DNA from: Antedon mediterranea | Lineage: Eukaryota > Animalia > Echinodermata | Length of the DNA: 64,000 nt | Direction of reading: 5' to 3' | Assembly (NCBI RefSeq): GCF_964355755.1 | Contig: NC_092676.1 | Location: 20,292,871-20,356,870 of the forward strand | Shown: piece by piece, positions 1 to 14,453 of the stretch | How positions within the stretch are numbered: the stretch's first letter is position 1 | Layout of the letters: every line of letters begins with the position of its first letter | Made by a program: the position numbers and the translations under genes | Notes under the pieces: generated by a model | The model's input: only the letters and a program-made list of their open reading frames with translations | Told to the model about the DNA's origin: nothing | The model's database searches: none

Positions 1-1550
1 AAGAATATGTGTCATTATCCCTCTGCATATTAAGTCGCATTCAAGTATGAGACTTTAAAAGTAGCCAATGAAAACGGCCCTCGCTAATTACAAATAAAGA
101 AGTAACTATGTAGAAGGGAAAAATGTAAAATTTAGTACTATATTTTAAATAGACTGATGACGTAATCTTGACCAGGATTTATACCTAGACCTTTATACAT
201 GATGGTCGTCACAACACCCTGATTGATCCGGATCTATATTGACTGTTTATACTTCCTATGTTTGGACACAAGGATATATTTCATTTTAGCTGTCAAATTT
301 CTAACGAACTATTCCGTTATATCAATTACTATTAAACGGATGTGTTATCTATTTGATGATGACATGCTTTCAGTGGATTTACTGCATGCTAGTTCGATTG
401 ACCAGACGAGTTACGCAATAACCTCACACTTCCTAATTTTGTCAGACAACTACTATACGTGCGATAAAAATGGTACGGTTTGACGCATGCGCGCATCTCT
501 TCTTTTTCCTATTAACTGTTTAGATTTGAAGATAGTCCTAATAATGTATTAACCATTTTATAACGAACTGTAATCAATCAAGTTTCTTTTTTTCAATGAT
601 AAGACAAAATAGTAAAAAGCATAAAAATATCAAAATTACAGAGTGAAATATTGGACAGCAAGGACGGAAAGAAAAGGCAATTACCTGCCTTTGAGCTCAA
701 CTTCCATTTGGTTTAGAAGATATCAAGCAAATAATGTAATAAATGAATTAATATCAAAATACATAATTATAATAAATATAATACAAAGTGAAATCATTAT
801 TAAAGATGATATAATAATTAAAAGTTGATCACATACCTAATACAAATTCTGTGACTTTAGTTTTAAAAGATTTCCTATAATTATTATACCTTATATAATT
901 ACTTTTCGCTTAATTTCTGGTATTTTTTCTATGTCCACTTATACCGTTATATCGAATTGAAATAATTATTATTCTAGGAATACCGGTATGTATTATTAAT
1001 CTATTTTAAAGTGAAGTGCTTTCAATGACTTTAGTGATTCGGTGATTTATTTCGATTTGGAGCATCACGTTTTGTTACCAATTAAATAATTTGTCGTTGT
1101 GTTCCGGTCAAAACTTTTAAAAGGAATGTTGGCAAACAGATATTTTAGAATGATGTGCAAATATTTATGTTGGTATTTCTACCTGTTTATCCCTTTTATT
1201 GGGTATTTCTGTTATTTGCAATATTATCTGGTCAGGGTAATATTAAAGAACCCAGCGCAGGCCATGGTCATGTTCGAACATCTTCATCGAGGGGGTAAAA
1301 TACAAACATTTTTCAAAGATTCCATAATAAAGTTATTCTATTTCAGTATTTAGTATATTATGTGAATAAGATTTAGCATATGACAATCAACAGACCTTTA
1401 AGCCAACAGGTGTACGGACACCTTACTACATTCCATCGCATCAGTTCATCTATTTCTTCCTTATTCATTGTTTTTATTGAAAGATATAAACATGTTATGT
1501 AGCGGTTTCGAATACTTGGAACCCCGTTACGTTACGGGGACCTACGACGA

Positions 1551-2080
1551 GCGAGTGACCAAGCGGTTAAAGATTGGTTCCGATTTGGACGCAACGCAGC
1601 GACGTATTGATGCAAAGTGCTGTATTTCTTAAAAATCACAAGTGAGAACCGACGACGCAAGAAGCGGGGGAAAACATATAACACAATTATTAGAAGGGCA
1701 TTTTCTTACGTTGCGTAGATTGCGTTACCTTTCGTCGCTAGTGGGGACCAAGCTTAAGACAGTGAAAACCCCATACCTTGCCATATTAACATCAAGGGTT
1801 TGAGCCTCACTCGCTCCATGTCACTGCCTCTATGGTTCTGGTTGTAGAACAAGACTTCTCAGATAAGGACTATAACCCGTATGTTCAGTGTACACATATG
1901 GCTAATGTGCAACCTTAAAGAACCCATGCGGTAGTACATCTTTCGAGACGAGTAGTCGTTACTCCGATGTAGTAGTGTACACACAACCACTGTCACACAC
2001 AGACTCATCATAACTCATCAAGGGGGGGGGGGGCCCTAGATTGTCAGCATATGCTGTTTAGAGTCACCCTCTATAAATAA
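1551..2080 (+). mobile_element. tRNA-derived SINE with Nin/Deu-type central domain, interrupted by a MITE
   Basis: tRNA-like head GAGCGAGTGACCAAGCGGTTAA..GACAGTG, then CTTCTCAGATAAGGACTATAACCCGTA..TTAAAGAACCC..CTTTCGAGACGAGTAG, resembling the Nin/Deu SINE domain; A-rich end. Related copies at ~36420-36660 (-), ~40730-40940 (-) and ~42380-42560 (+). Confidence 0.65.
1571..1753. mobile_element. MITE (GCTTGGTTCC-type TIR) with TTAA target-site duplication
   Basis: TTAA at 1567-1570 and 1754-1757 flank ends AGATTGGTTCC...GGGACCAAGC. Removing the insert restores the SINE head. An inverted homologue lies at ~18906-19095. Confidence 0.75.
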
Positions 2081-4397
2081 GGTGAAATTTTAAAAAAAGC
2101 ATATCATGGGCAAATTATGTAATCAGTGTTATGGTTTGGTTAGACTTAGTTTATGGCCTAATGTAAAATCATATTGTGTGTACTAAAATTGAACAATACA
2201 TCAAATGTTTAAAAAACATCATAAAAGTCCAAGCCAAAAATAGTTGCCACAGAATAAATACGTACATTTCCCACAAAAATGTTTACAATTGAAAGGTTAA
2301 TTTATAGCTTTATAGTATACCAAATATATTAATGTATCTGTTTAACTTCAGTTATGTTTTCCCACAGATTTTGTAATTTTAACGCAAGGCATGCACTTCT
2401 AAAAGCAGTATAAACGGACACCATGATTCTAATTTAGGATTTGAACCAACGACTTTATAATGATGTGAACTGTATTCGCTTGTTGGTAAGTCAGAGCTAT
2501 CTTTTCATTTTACGAAATGATTTTACTCTATATTTGCTAATCGTTCAGATGAGACATTATTCCCGTGTATATACGTTAAGGATATGTTTGTGTGTGTCGA
2601 AACGAGTAGGGGATCGTCTCCCCACTCTTGCACCGATCATACCCGGCAGCGCTCTTTATGAATGTCGACGGGACGAGTTACCGAGGGACCTGTGTCTCCC
2701 CTTGTACTGATCAAGCTAGGCAGCGCTTTCTTTGTGGCTGCCGTCCAAATGAGTAGGGGATCGTCTCCCCGCCCTTACCATGGTAGAGAGCGATGTGACC
2801 GTCCATGTGTCTAAACGAGTAGAGGATTGCCTTCATACATTTTGTAGAATATTGATCATTGTATAGACAGCGCTCTTTCACGTCTGCCGTGACTTTGCTG
2901 ATGAATACTGGAACATAAAACAATAATGTATGTAGCTGTCTGTTATGTTTAATGCAATATCCTTTTGATGATACGAATTTCTTTTGTTTTTTCTCAAAGG
3001 AATTATCATTTATATTAAAATTATCTATTCTAGCTTTAATTCTGACCTAAAACCATATAGCAGGCCAAAGTGTCTTCACTGTGTGCAATTTACAATTTAT
3101 TACGTCTAGACGATTATGGTGAACAATACTGATATTATGGAATGCATTTACACTCATTGAGATAGAAATAACATCAAGTATAGTTTCTTCTCTTTCAACA
3201 AACCGCATCATAAATGATGTGTAGTGACGTGTTTAGGACGTCGCGTTTTAAATAATCAGGTACCGTATATACGTACCTGTAAGGTAACGTGTTGAGAGCG
3301 TTGTGTTTTATATAATGACAGATATAGATTGTACTAGTTACTAGTTTTTTTATGTGCTATTTGTTTGTATTAGAGCCTATTAGTTCATTGACCTCTAGTA
3401 CACGCTCACCTTTTCCAAAAACATTTGTTTTTGTGTACGATAGATGTCGCCACATCAATATTATTACCGTACGTAGTTAACGTTTTTTATATAGGCCTAG
3501 ACTGAGCACTAAATGCATGTTTGTGTTAAGTTGTGAGCATGGCATGTTCAATCATGTCATCGTTGTCTTCACCATCACATAGGGCCTACATTAACAACAT
3601 GCCGCAAATGTACGGTGTAATTAGCTAATAGATACGTCACATTAGGACATCAAGTAAATATCTAGATCTTACGGTGATGAACGAGAACTCAAATAAGCTT
3701 ATGAAAACTGGTCAATGAATTTGGATTTCTCAGTGGGAGATAAATTTGTCCTTCTGATAGTCCAGTAAAATATTTTGGTATGTAAAATGATTGCAGTGGT
3801 CAAAATAAAGTATAAATACCCATGGGCTAATATAAGGAAAACAACGTAAACAAAATAGGATTTTTTTGTTGTTCAAGTCCAAACCAAAATCCGGTTTTTT
3901 TTAACCCTATGATGGTGTTGTATAATGTTTGAAATAATTGGGAATACCAGGGAAGAGATATAATATTCTACACCCTAATTTAATCATGGTTTTATCAAGA
4001 ATTTAAGGCATTTAAGACGATTTTAGTTTGATAAATCCGGCCCATGGATACTAAACAGGCCTAGATACGTTTTTTTTTTATTATTTAGGCTAAAATGATT
4101 TAAAACCTAAATTGTTCGATTTTGTCTTGTATTTTTAGAATTTATTTCTAAAAAAAACTTATAGGCCGGCTACTTTTGAATTCATAGTATAATCTAACCG
4201 ATGTTTGTTTATATCAGTCTTATTATAAAGTTCAGATATTAATGTTGATATCTATCAAATATATACAGATGATGATTGAGATAGGCCACACTCTATTCAA
4301 GATTTAAGATAAAGAATTTGTCAACAGAAGTATTTTTATTATTAATAAATAAAACTTATATTCTCATAAAACCGATGAAGCGTGCGTCGCTTACCGT

Positions 4398-5920
4398 AAT
4401 AAAATAGGTGCTGCTACCCCCCAGATCTGCCACAAATAAAATAGGTGCTGTTACCCCCAGATCTGCTACCACAAATAAAATAGGTTCTGCTCCCCCCAGA
4501 TCTGCCACCACAAATAAAATAGGTGCTTCTACCCCCCAGATCTGCCACCACAAATAAAATAGGTGCTGCTACCCCCCAGATCTGCCACCACAAATAAAAT
4601 AGGTTCTGCTACCCCCCAGATCTGCCACCACAAATAAAATAGGTGCTGCTACCCCCCGAGATCTGCCACCACAAATACAATAGGTGCTGCTACCCCCCAG
4701 ATCTGCCACCACAAATAAAATAGGTTCTGCTACCCCCCAGATCTGCCACCACAAATAAAATAGGTGCTGCTACCCCCCAGATCTGCCACCACAAATAAAA
4801 TTGGTGCTCCTAACCCCCAGATCTGCCACAAATAAAATAGATGCTACTACCCTCCAGATCTGCTACCACAAATAAAATAGGTGCTCCTACCCCCAGATCT
4901 GCCACAAAAAAATAGATGCTACTACCGCCCCTCCCCCACCCCCAGATCTGCCACAAATAAAATAGATGCTGCTACCCCCAGATCTGCCACAAATAAAATA
5001 GATGCTACTACCCCCCCCCCCCACCCAGATCTGCCACAAATAAAATAGATGCTGCTACCCCCAGATCTGCCACAAATAAAATAGGTGCTGCTACCCCCCA
5101 GATCTGCCACCACAAATAAAATAGGTTCTGATACCCCCCCTCCCCCCAGATCTGCCACCACAAATAAAATAGGTGCTGCTACCCCCCAGATCTGCCACCA
5201 CAAATAAAATAGGTTCTGATACCCCCCTCCCCCCCCCCCCCAGATCTGCCACCACAAATAAAAGAGGTGCTGCTACCCCCCAGATCTGCCACCACAAATA
5301 AAATTGGTGCTCCTAACCCCCAGATCTGCCACAAATAAAATAGATGCTGCTACCCCCCCAGATCTGCCACCACAAATAAAATAGGTTCTGATACCCCCTC
5401 CCCCCCCCCCCAGATATGCCACCACGAATAAAATAGGTGCTCCTACCCCCAGATCTGCCACAAAAAAATAGATGCTACTACCGCCCCTCCCCCCACCCCC
5501 AGATCTGCCACAAATAAAATAGATGCTGCTACCCCCAGATCTGCCACAAATAAAATAGATGCTACTACCCCCCCCCCCCCCCCACCCAGATCTGCCACAA
5601 ATAAAATAGATGCTGCTACCCCCAGATCTGCCACAAATAAAATAGGTGCTGCTACCCCCCAGATCTGCCACCACAAATAAAATAGGTTCTGATACCCCCC
5701 TCCCCCCCCCCCTCCCCAGATCTGCCACCACAAATAAAATAGGTGCTGCTACCCCCAGATCTGCCACCACAAATAAAATAGGTTCTGATACCCCCTCTTC
5801 CCCCCCCCCCAGATCTGGCACCACAAATAAAAGAGGTGCTGCTACCCCCCAGATCTGCCACCACAAATAAAATTGGTGCTCCTAACCCCCAGATCTGCCA
5901 CAAATAAAATAGGTGCTGCC
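4398..5920. repeat. ~38-45 bp minisatellite (CCCCCAGATCTGCCACCACAAATAAAATAGGTGCTGCTA)n with variable poly-C
   Basis: More than 30 units visible; unit variants recur in blocks (about 4790-5290 is echoed at about 5290-5900). Explains all ORFs called here. Confidence 0.95.
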
Positions 5921-7473
5921 ACGAATATTGTCACTAGCAAGCGTACAGTATTTTGATTGACATAATCTGTTGTTATTTGTCTCTTTTTTTTCCTCAATTT
6001 ATACTTTCATGGAATGTGACATTTACAAAACCATAATACGTGAACATTTCAACCTGTGCTGTGTCACCTTCATGGGGACTACTAGTGCATACCTAATACT
6101 AGATTCCGAGTAAAAATACTACTAAACTAAAAATATTCAAAACACCTTGATATTAATCAACAGATTACAGCATTATTCATTTAGTTAATGTCATTCCTTT
6201 GATGCATTCGAGCATAAAAACAATTTACTTGAGCAATAAGCAACATGTTTTTCATGATTTGACCGTGGCGTGCCATATGCGGAATCTTGGTTATTTCAAC
6301 AACGATTTTAATCGAAGGGTGACTCTATTAGTATTACGTAATTAAATTCAATATGTGAAATATCAACAACAATAGAAAAAGTATTTATCTTTAGATAAGG
6401 ACAAAATATTTTGTTAAAAAAAACTCCATAACGATAACTATTCTGTTGAATATCAATACCGTGTCTAAACCCTATGATAACACTTATATTGCTAAAACAT
6501 GAAAATGATGCAGTAAAATAGGGGATGATTCAAAGGAGGGGTTGTAGGCCTACTATTTAAATATATAAATTAAATATAGCTTATAAGGGGTTTCGATGCT
6601 TAGATATTATTACTAAATAATTTAATTCGTCACATTGACGAATTATAGGTGATCATTTTTATAATTTTTAACAACGATGCACGTACGCTGTGATAGTCAA
6701 AACAATGTTTACTTGTAAGAGCCTATGTTAGTAAGCCCAGGGAGGTATCTTTCCTTGTATGCCTGATACAGTCGGTGAGGTGGCCCACGTGTGTCATGTT
6801 TAGAGCGTCTTGTGTGACGTGTCTAATCTAACCATGATGTTTATTATCTTGTGCTTCTTGCTGCCGTGCTTCTCCCCCTGTGAATGTATCATCACCTTCT
6901 GTATTAAATTCACTATTGATGCTACCTATAGCGTCACTTGGAGGAACGCGCCTAAAATTAATACTTATAGTAATAAATCGTTTACACAATGTAATTTGAT
7001 TCATATTTTTGAACCTATAATCATTCATGAGAAACTAGAGTTTTGATCCCAGAGTTGCCAACACCTTTGTGACACCTATAGGTTATACTATATTTATTTT
7101 GAATTAATTTTAATTATTTATTCACTCACACCTGCTACCAATTGAATTGGTTTAATTTTCATTAAAATGCAAATCATTGTGAAGAATATAGGCCTAAACA
7201 ATGAGTGGGCGAACCTGTTAAAATGACCTATAATATCTAAATGACTTTACATGTAAACAGCATCTTAATTTGTCATTGTAGCGTACTTATCTTTTTATAT
7301 ATGGACATACAGTGTTTAGGCGTCCTAATTACTGCAATGCGTAAAACACCTTTATTCATTTAATTCAGTGATACTGTCAAAAGACACTATAATACAGTAG
7401 TACGTTGAAATGCTGAAAATAATGCTAGGCCCTTCGGTATTCCACAACTGGGTACTATCTAATGCAGTATTCC

Positions 7474-7624
7474 ATCCTCGATAATTGTGCAACTGTTAGA
7501 AAGATCAAGGTACACAAAGTAACGTTTACGTGCACGTACATTATAATGCCAAAAATTACGTGCACGTAAACGTCATTTTGTGTATCTTGATCTTTTTAAC
7601 AGTTGCAAAATTATTATCGAGGAT
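7474..7624. repeat. Imperfect ~75 bp-arm palindrome (MITE-like)
   Basis: ATCCTCGATAAT..TGCAACTGTTAGAAAGATCAAGGTACACAAAGTAACGTTTACGTGCACGTA pairs with TACGTGCACGTAAACGTCATTTTGTGTATCTTGATCTTTTTAACAGTTGCA..ATCGAGGAT. Confidence 0.8.
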
Positions 7625-8707
7625 TAGTAGGCCTATTATCATTGGCAATGATTTAATTACAAAAACTTGATAAAGTTTGATAACAAATTTTGTATGTATT
7701 TATGTTTTTAAAATTACGCAAGTTCTAGATTGATACTCCAGTCATTTGTTTATACTAGGCCTATAAACATGGAATTGTGAGAAACTTTACCGTTTACAAC
7801 CACGGGAAACAAACGTATATCATTTATAAATAGCATATTATTATTGACCTAAAAATAAAAAAAGTACACGTCAGTTTTGTCAAGACATCCTATTGCTTTT
7901 GTAGTTTTATCATTCTGATTGATTTATAGTAAGGAATTTTAATTGATGGATAATATTAAAGTCGCCCAAATTCTGTTTTACCTCCGCTAAGATCAAGCCT
8001 GTGTTCAGAGGTTTAAATAGTAAATATGCTTCCCTTTGGAATTATAAATACCAAAAGGTAACACATTTCGTTCAGAGTGCGTTGAACTACCGTAATACAG
8101 TATTATAGTAAAAGTGAAAAATAAGGAATGTTTTTCGTACTCGTTATTTAGGAAGAGTACCAGCCCATTAACTAATTTCTCAATGATTTGGCTTATTAAT
8201 AGCAAGATTCCAGTGATTCAATGTAGGCCTATCACCCTACTCAATATATTGATTATGGGGTGCTGTCATGACCGTGTTTTTTTAACGAATTTTTAAAAGA
8301 GTTTTGCTATTTCTTTGGTCAACTACATTGTCAGTGTCGATATGTATTATTTATTTCATTTCAAATTTTAATTTTTAAACGCAATATAATAGTAATTGTA
8401 ATAACAGGGACGAGTGCAGAGCTACTTCCCTGATAGTAATGACAATAATATTTAATAATAATTTTAATTTTTTATTATAGCCATTAATTTCCCCTCCGTT
8501 TATACCCTCATTCATAATCTCTAAGAAGCCTAATTATATATAATTATAACAATTATGTTTAAATGATATTACCTGACACCATACTATACTCACGTCACAA
8601 AATGGCTTACATAAATTCGCTACACGCGACACAGTATAATCAGGGAGTTGTAATACACCATTATGTGTATCACATGGTGGTGCCAGCATGTATCATGGAA
8701 AGGTTTG

Positions 8708-8746
8708 ATCAGGGAGTTGTAATTATACTAATTACAACTCCCTGAT
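8708..8746. repeat. Perfect 18-bp-arm hairpin
   Basis: ATCAGGGAGTTGTAATTA-tac-TAATTACAACTCCCTGAT; a partial arm also occurs at ~8639. Probably a TE end. Confidence 0.7.
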
Positions 8747-9563
8747 TAGGTTAATGGTTGTGTTATGGTCTATGATACTGTCATTACATGAATCTGTATT
8801 ACGGAATGTTCCTATGATACTGGAGGAGAATCTAGATACAGTACCGATAATCGGTCGCGTGTCAATAATTATGCTGCTTGCTTTTTTCCGCGAAAAGATC
8901 CATGCGCAAGAGGGCGTATTACGCCTGCATTAATTTTGTTTGTATAGTTTTAAATAATATCAGTATATTATAATGAATAAAAATCTTTCTCTTAGAGAAA
9001 GCTATACTAAACAATATCTAATTTACGATCATGTCGCTGTTAAAAAAGATATATGTATCTTACAACGCAATAAAATTGAGCCTATGCAATTATAATACAG
9101 TATATCACATGAGGACGTAAAATGCGCTTAAACTAGATTTTGAGATGTTCGTTTATAATAGACCATGATATGTCTTTATATTATGCGTCTTAATAAAGTG
9201 CAAAGCCTGGATTTAGTTACTTGACTCTCAATTAGGTAAAACATTTCAGACTAATTCTAATGATATTGTTCCACTCATTTGTCGTTAATATTATTACTAA
9301 TATGGGTGAATATGTATTTACACCGTCAGTATAAAACTATTAAATATTGTAGACAATTACACGATAATTGCATTAATAGTTTAATTCACTTTATTTTAAA
9401 TGCAATAAAATAACTTTTATTATCTGAAAGTTCTCAGGTTACTTTGAAAGTACCTTTTAAAAAAATAAAATAGATGACTCCAGCAATAAACAAAATTCCA
9501 ATAATTATTTATTTTATTATTCGCAGTAGTTATTCTAATTATCGTTCAATTATTGTATTCTCA

Positions 9564-10089
9564 TTAAGGCTTTGTCTAAAAAAGTATGATCTTCTTAAAT
9601 AGGGTAGTGATATGCCCAAATAGGGTAATGATATGCCCAAATAGGGTAGTGATATGCCCAAATAGGGTAGTGATATGCCCAAATAGGGTAGTGATACGCC
9701 CAAATAGGGTAGTGATATGCCCAAATAGGGTAGTGATATGGCCAAATAGGGTAGTGATATGCCCAAATAGGGTAGTGATATGCCCAAATAGGGTAGTGAT
9801 ATGCCCAAATAGGGTAGTGATATGCCCAAATAGGGTAGTGATATGCCCAAATAGGGTAGTGATATGGCCAAACATGGTAGTGATATGGCCAAACAGGGTA
9901 GTGATGGCCAAACATGGTAGTGATATGGCCAAACAGGGTAGTGATATGCCAAAATATGGTAGTGATATGCCCAGATATGGTAGTAGTGATATGCACAAAT
10001 AATATGGTAGTGATATGACATCATCATGTCCATATGTGGGCACATCACATTTTGTTGTCACATGAAGTTTGATAGTGTAGACAGAGCTC
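9564..10089. mobile_element. MITE of the GCTCTGTCTACACTATCAAAC family with an expanded internal 21-bp array (~20 units)
   Basis: Right TIR GTTTGATAGTGTAGACAGAGCT; degenerate left end after TTAA; internal (CCAAATAGGGTAGTGATATGC)n at ~9594-10017. Confidence 0.85.
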
Positions 10090-10577
10090 TAGGTCCTACC
10101 ATTTGCTATCTATCCAAAATGGGAACTGAGGAAAATGGTGGTGTTTTCGGGGTGTCACCTTGCGACATCTTCCTCGGACGCCGAGTATTATGGCAAATTG
10201 GCACACAATCAAACCTCATAGTTATGATTTATTCCTCTCAAAATAAGATTCTACAATTTCCATTAAAACATTGTAATTGCACATAATTCATTCTATCTAT
10301 ACTTATTACCACCGGGGACATACGTTATACATACATATCTGTTCTAATATAACAGTTCTAATATAAGAGTTATAATTACTAAATAAATGACGGTATTAAA
10401 GTCAACGTTTTGCAATCATTATATGTTTTACTAATGTTTATTGACTGTATATTCAGGGAGATGTAAATCTCCCTGGTGCATATTACGACAACAATTGGCA
10501 GAATATTCATAAATACCTTGAAACTAATTGTATTTTATAATTAAATTTTTCTGCGGTAATTTTAGCCTAAGCAATAT

Positions 10578-11146
10578 TTAAAGATGTATTGTCCCTTTGA
10601 CTAATTCCCAAAAAAAATAATTTTTTTATTTCGAAAAAAAGTGGGTCATTTTGAAGTATCATAATAGTTATTAACTTTCACCAAAAATTAGTTGAAACAA
10701 AAATAATTTAACCGAAATATGGACGTTTTTTTTTGTTAAAAATCCTAATTAGCATCATGCATAATGCATACTCGTGGTTTGAAATCTTTCGAATATTTTT
10801 TTTTCATTTTTTTTGTGTTTCAAGGGACAATCTTTAAGATTTGAAATACAATAAAAGCTTAAAGATGTATTGTCCTGAAAAATAATTCTTACAAATTTTT
10901 CTTTTTAATATTCCATTTTTATGTAACATAATAGTAATCCACTTTGACAAAAAATTTGATCGACAAAAAATGTTTTTTTGGTTGAATTTTACCATTTATT
11001 TTGTCATTTTATATGTGAAAACATGATTTTTTTCGTTTTTTTTCTATTGAAGTGATTAACTTGATTAAAACTACAAAATAACATATTCAAAGTCTGATTT
11101 AATTAATCTTCATTTTTCATGTTTCTGGGGGACAATACATCTTTAA
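10578..11146. mobile_element. Two adjacent TTAAAGATGTATTGTCC...GGACAATACATCTTTAA MITEs
   Basis: Termini at 10578/~10838 and 10859/11146; a related copy at ~15073-15510 has a duplicated right end. Confidence 0.7.
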
Positions 11147-12118
11147 AGGGATGAGGAGTTTGTTTGTGATGGTTTCTGGGTCATAAGGCATCGTAATGAG
11201 ACAAGGGAGAATAACATAAAATGTCTGATATGAGTTCTGTAACAAAATGTATAGGCCTATCAGGGGAAATTGGAATCTGTAAGATGTATGTAATTGATTT
11301 TACGATATTAATTTGTTTTACGAAATCAGATTACTTAGAACCTATTTCTCTCTTTTGTTTCGTACGAAGGATGTGAACCTCGGTCTCCGCATGAGTCTTG
11401 TTTGTGTTCCATGCTCTAAAAGCAATTATGTGATTTTCCAGCTCCTTTATGTTTCTTTTTATTGTAGTAAAATTATAGTTTTTTTTTCAAAGAAAGCATG
11501 TGAACCTCGGTTCCCGCATGGGTCTTGTTTGTCATTCATAATTTAATAGTGTTAATATTTTCAGTATGTCATAAAGATAAATGAGAAAAAAGTTTTTAAA
11601 AAACTCTTCGTTGACATAAAACTAATATTTCTGTTACAAAACACGATGGCGATGAACTCCAAAGATTCGGATAAAGTTCGTTGTTATGCAGAAACACCAA
11701 ACTCATCTTCAGACATGTAGCCCCAGCGGGGGAACGACATCGGCAGGGTTTACATTCGCCGGCAGACAAGGCTAAATTTGTTTGACGCAGTCAGCAAGCT
11801 ACAGGAAATCATCAGAGTGAACTTACGTCGACTGACAACATAGACTAATTATTGTAGTCGACACCTCGGGTATAGACCCTACCTTTATTAATCCCGCAGG
11901 TTTATTGGAATGAACCCACTAAGCATCAAATGAATGAGACACGTTATTGTATGTGTGAAAGCCTTACATTTTATTCAATAAAATTAAAATGTAAATGTAT
12001 CGTATACATAAATCCAAATAAAAGAACCATTGAATGAGAACACATTGTCACAGTGAACCCTGTTTGAGTTCATATTCCATGGTGGCGTCGTTCATTATCT
12101 TGAATTTATGAACATTAC

Positions 12119-12252
12119 TTAAGCTCTGCCTACATTATCAAAAAAAAGTGTGATGTGTCTAAATATGGTAGTGATATGCCTAAATATGGCAGTGATATGA
12201 CATCGGCATACATTTTTTTTGTTTGTCATATAAAGTTTAGACATAGCTTAAG
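12119..12252. mobile_element. Short copy of the 21-bp-repeat MITE family
   Basis: TTAAGCTCTGCCTACATTATCAAA..(AAATATGGTAGTGATATG)x2..TAGACATAGCTTAA. Confidence 0.75.
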
Positions 12253-14307
12253 ATAACAATAATAAAACTTATATTTAATTAAAGAACAATTGATTGGGAA
12301 GTTATAGCAAGACACTTCCATCTGCAATCAGTATAGAGCTAAATAATTCCAGTTCAAAATTATGTAAAAAGTAATGGATTTAATATTGTCTTTTGCACCG
12401 ATCGTCACGTAGATTATATGCGGCGTTTCATCGTCGACATTGTCAGATATAGTGAGTATATTCACGACGAAGTGTTTGTATTTTCAAGTTGACACACTTC
12501 GGGTGTAAAAATTCGATATCATTTTTGTTTTATTTAAAGATTGATGATAACTGCCAATATTAACACTTGAGTCTCGTCTAGTCATTTCTTTAGCGGGTGA
12601 TTTGATTTTTCTCCAGTGTATAGTTATGACACGCCATGTATGCCAAAATGTTCCTTTTTATGAACATAACTAACATCATTATAGTGGAATTATTTGTGTT
12701 TTATTACGTTGAGTTTATTTAAAACAATAAAAACATTGATAATTATTGTTTATCCATAAAACATTTACATGTTTTACTTGATGCTGCTACATTAGTGACA
12801 TCTTAGAAGGCTTAATACATTGATCAACTTAAATTACATAATTATATTCATATAACATTTGTAGTACCATCATTTTACTCTCTCGTGAGTTGCAAAGTAT
12901 CAAATTAAAGTCAAAAAATTAATATAAATCAGTCAACGGATTGAGACGTAACGTAGCGTAATAGATGGCATTTGCAAAAATCTTACGAGCTTATTAAAAT
13001 CCATATTTTGTAAAAGCAATAAAACGAATTTGATTTGTAACATGTGTTATTCTGATTCTACTGGGTGATGTCGAAATCTCTTTGTAATAACGTTTTATTG
13101 TTTTCGTTATTACATGTACCTTGTATTCGTTACCGAACTGCAGATAACATTATTAGATTGTCTTACACGACTTCTGATAACCATACGATTGGTGATTGAC
13201 AAGCGAACGTAAGACAATTCCATTATAAAGTTATTTTACATCTAATAATAAAATTCGTAGAATTCGGCGTTTTTTTATGGCTTAAATAGTAAGTTTTAGT
13301 ATATTATCTTATAGCAATCTGAATTGTAATCATACAGTTATGATTGACAAGAGAATAAAAACACGATTTCATTATAAAGTTATGGATTTCTAATAATAGA
13401 ATACATTATAATGACGTTGTTTCATTACTTTCATAATATAGGACCTATTTCCGTCATACTTTTTTTTGTATTTTAAATTCCAAGTAGACCTATTAAACTG
13501 TTTGTAGATTCAACAATTTGACAAGCATAATTACATGTTTGTTGCAATCCTCTTAAAATTTCTAGAAGTTTTTATCGAACTTTTGAAATCCGAGAAAGTG
13601 TTAACGCATTGTATTTGCTTATATCAAAGAAGGACATTTGTTTGCATCATGACTTTGAATGGATGGATATCTTTCTTTAAAAATATGTTTTCAAATATAT
13701 TTTATTCTGACGTCATTTCCATAATTTGTATTGATAAACATAATGGTGTATCCGATAGCGGTACGCCATACTGACGGCAAATAAGCGAACAGATAGGAAT
13801 AAAAAAACCGTACAAATGTTGTTATTTATACATTATTACGATTTTCTTCATCTATATCAAGATAGCATTTCGCAGCCTCCGGCTTTGTTCGAGTTTTTAA
13901 AATGCATTTCGGATTGAATACCACTCTTTTACGATCAACACATGGATATCTTATAGAAAGCGAAGTCATATTTGTACTTGATTTCGAGTTGTAATGCAGA
14001 AAACGTCCCAGTTCCGAGTACATGAGGACTAGATATTGGTAAACTGATTCTAAATAAAAGAGTTTATTCACTTCACTAAAGTGTCATAATGTCCGAATTT
14101 CAATTATCTTCACGAACATCAATGAGGGATTGTTCGTTTTTACAAACGTACTAAGTCACAGAAGTGTAAATTCAATAATACAAAATACAGTAATAGTAAA
14201 TGTCGTATATATTATGAAAGTAAATGAAATAACGTCATTATATTATAACATATAAATATGTAAAATATAATTTCTCCCATTATTTGAATGGAAAGGGACG
14301 TCTCAAA

Positions 14308-14453
14308 TGTCTACACTATCAAACTAGTTTGACAAAAAAAGAAAGTGTGATGTGCCCAAATATGGTAGTGATATGCTCATATATGGTAGTGATATGACAT
14401 GGGCACATCAATTTTTTTTCCACATAAATTTTGATAGTGTAGACAGAGCTTAA
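14308..14453. mobile_element. Short copy of the 21-bp-repeat MITE family
   Basis: TGTCTACACTATCAAACTAGTTTG..2 units..TTTGATAGTGTAGACAGAGCTTAA. Confidence 0.8.

Noticed and set aside
4356-5903. Gly-rich ORFs; possible CRISPR array
   Set aside because: Minisatellite; the variable parts are poly-C length variants, not unique spacers.
9539-10061. Repetitive ORFs (GISLPYL)n and similar
   Set aside because: Same 21-bp MITE array artefact.
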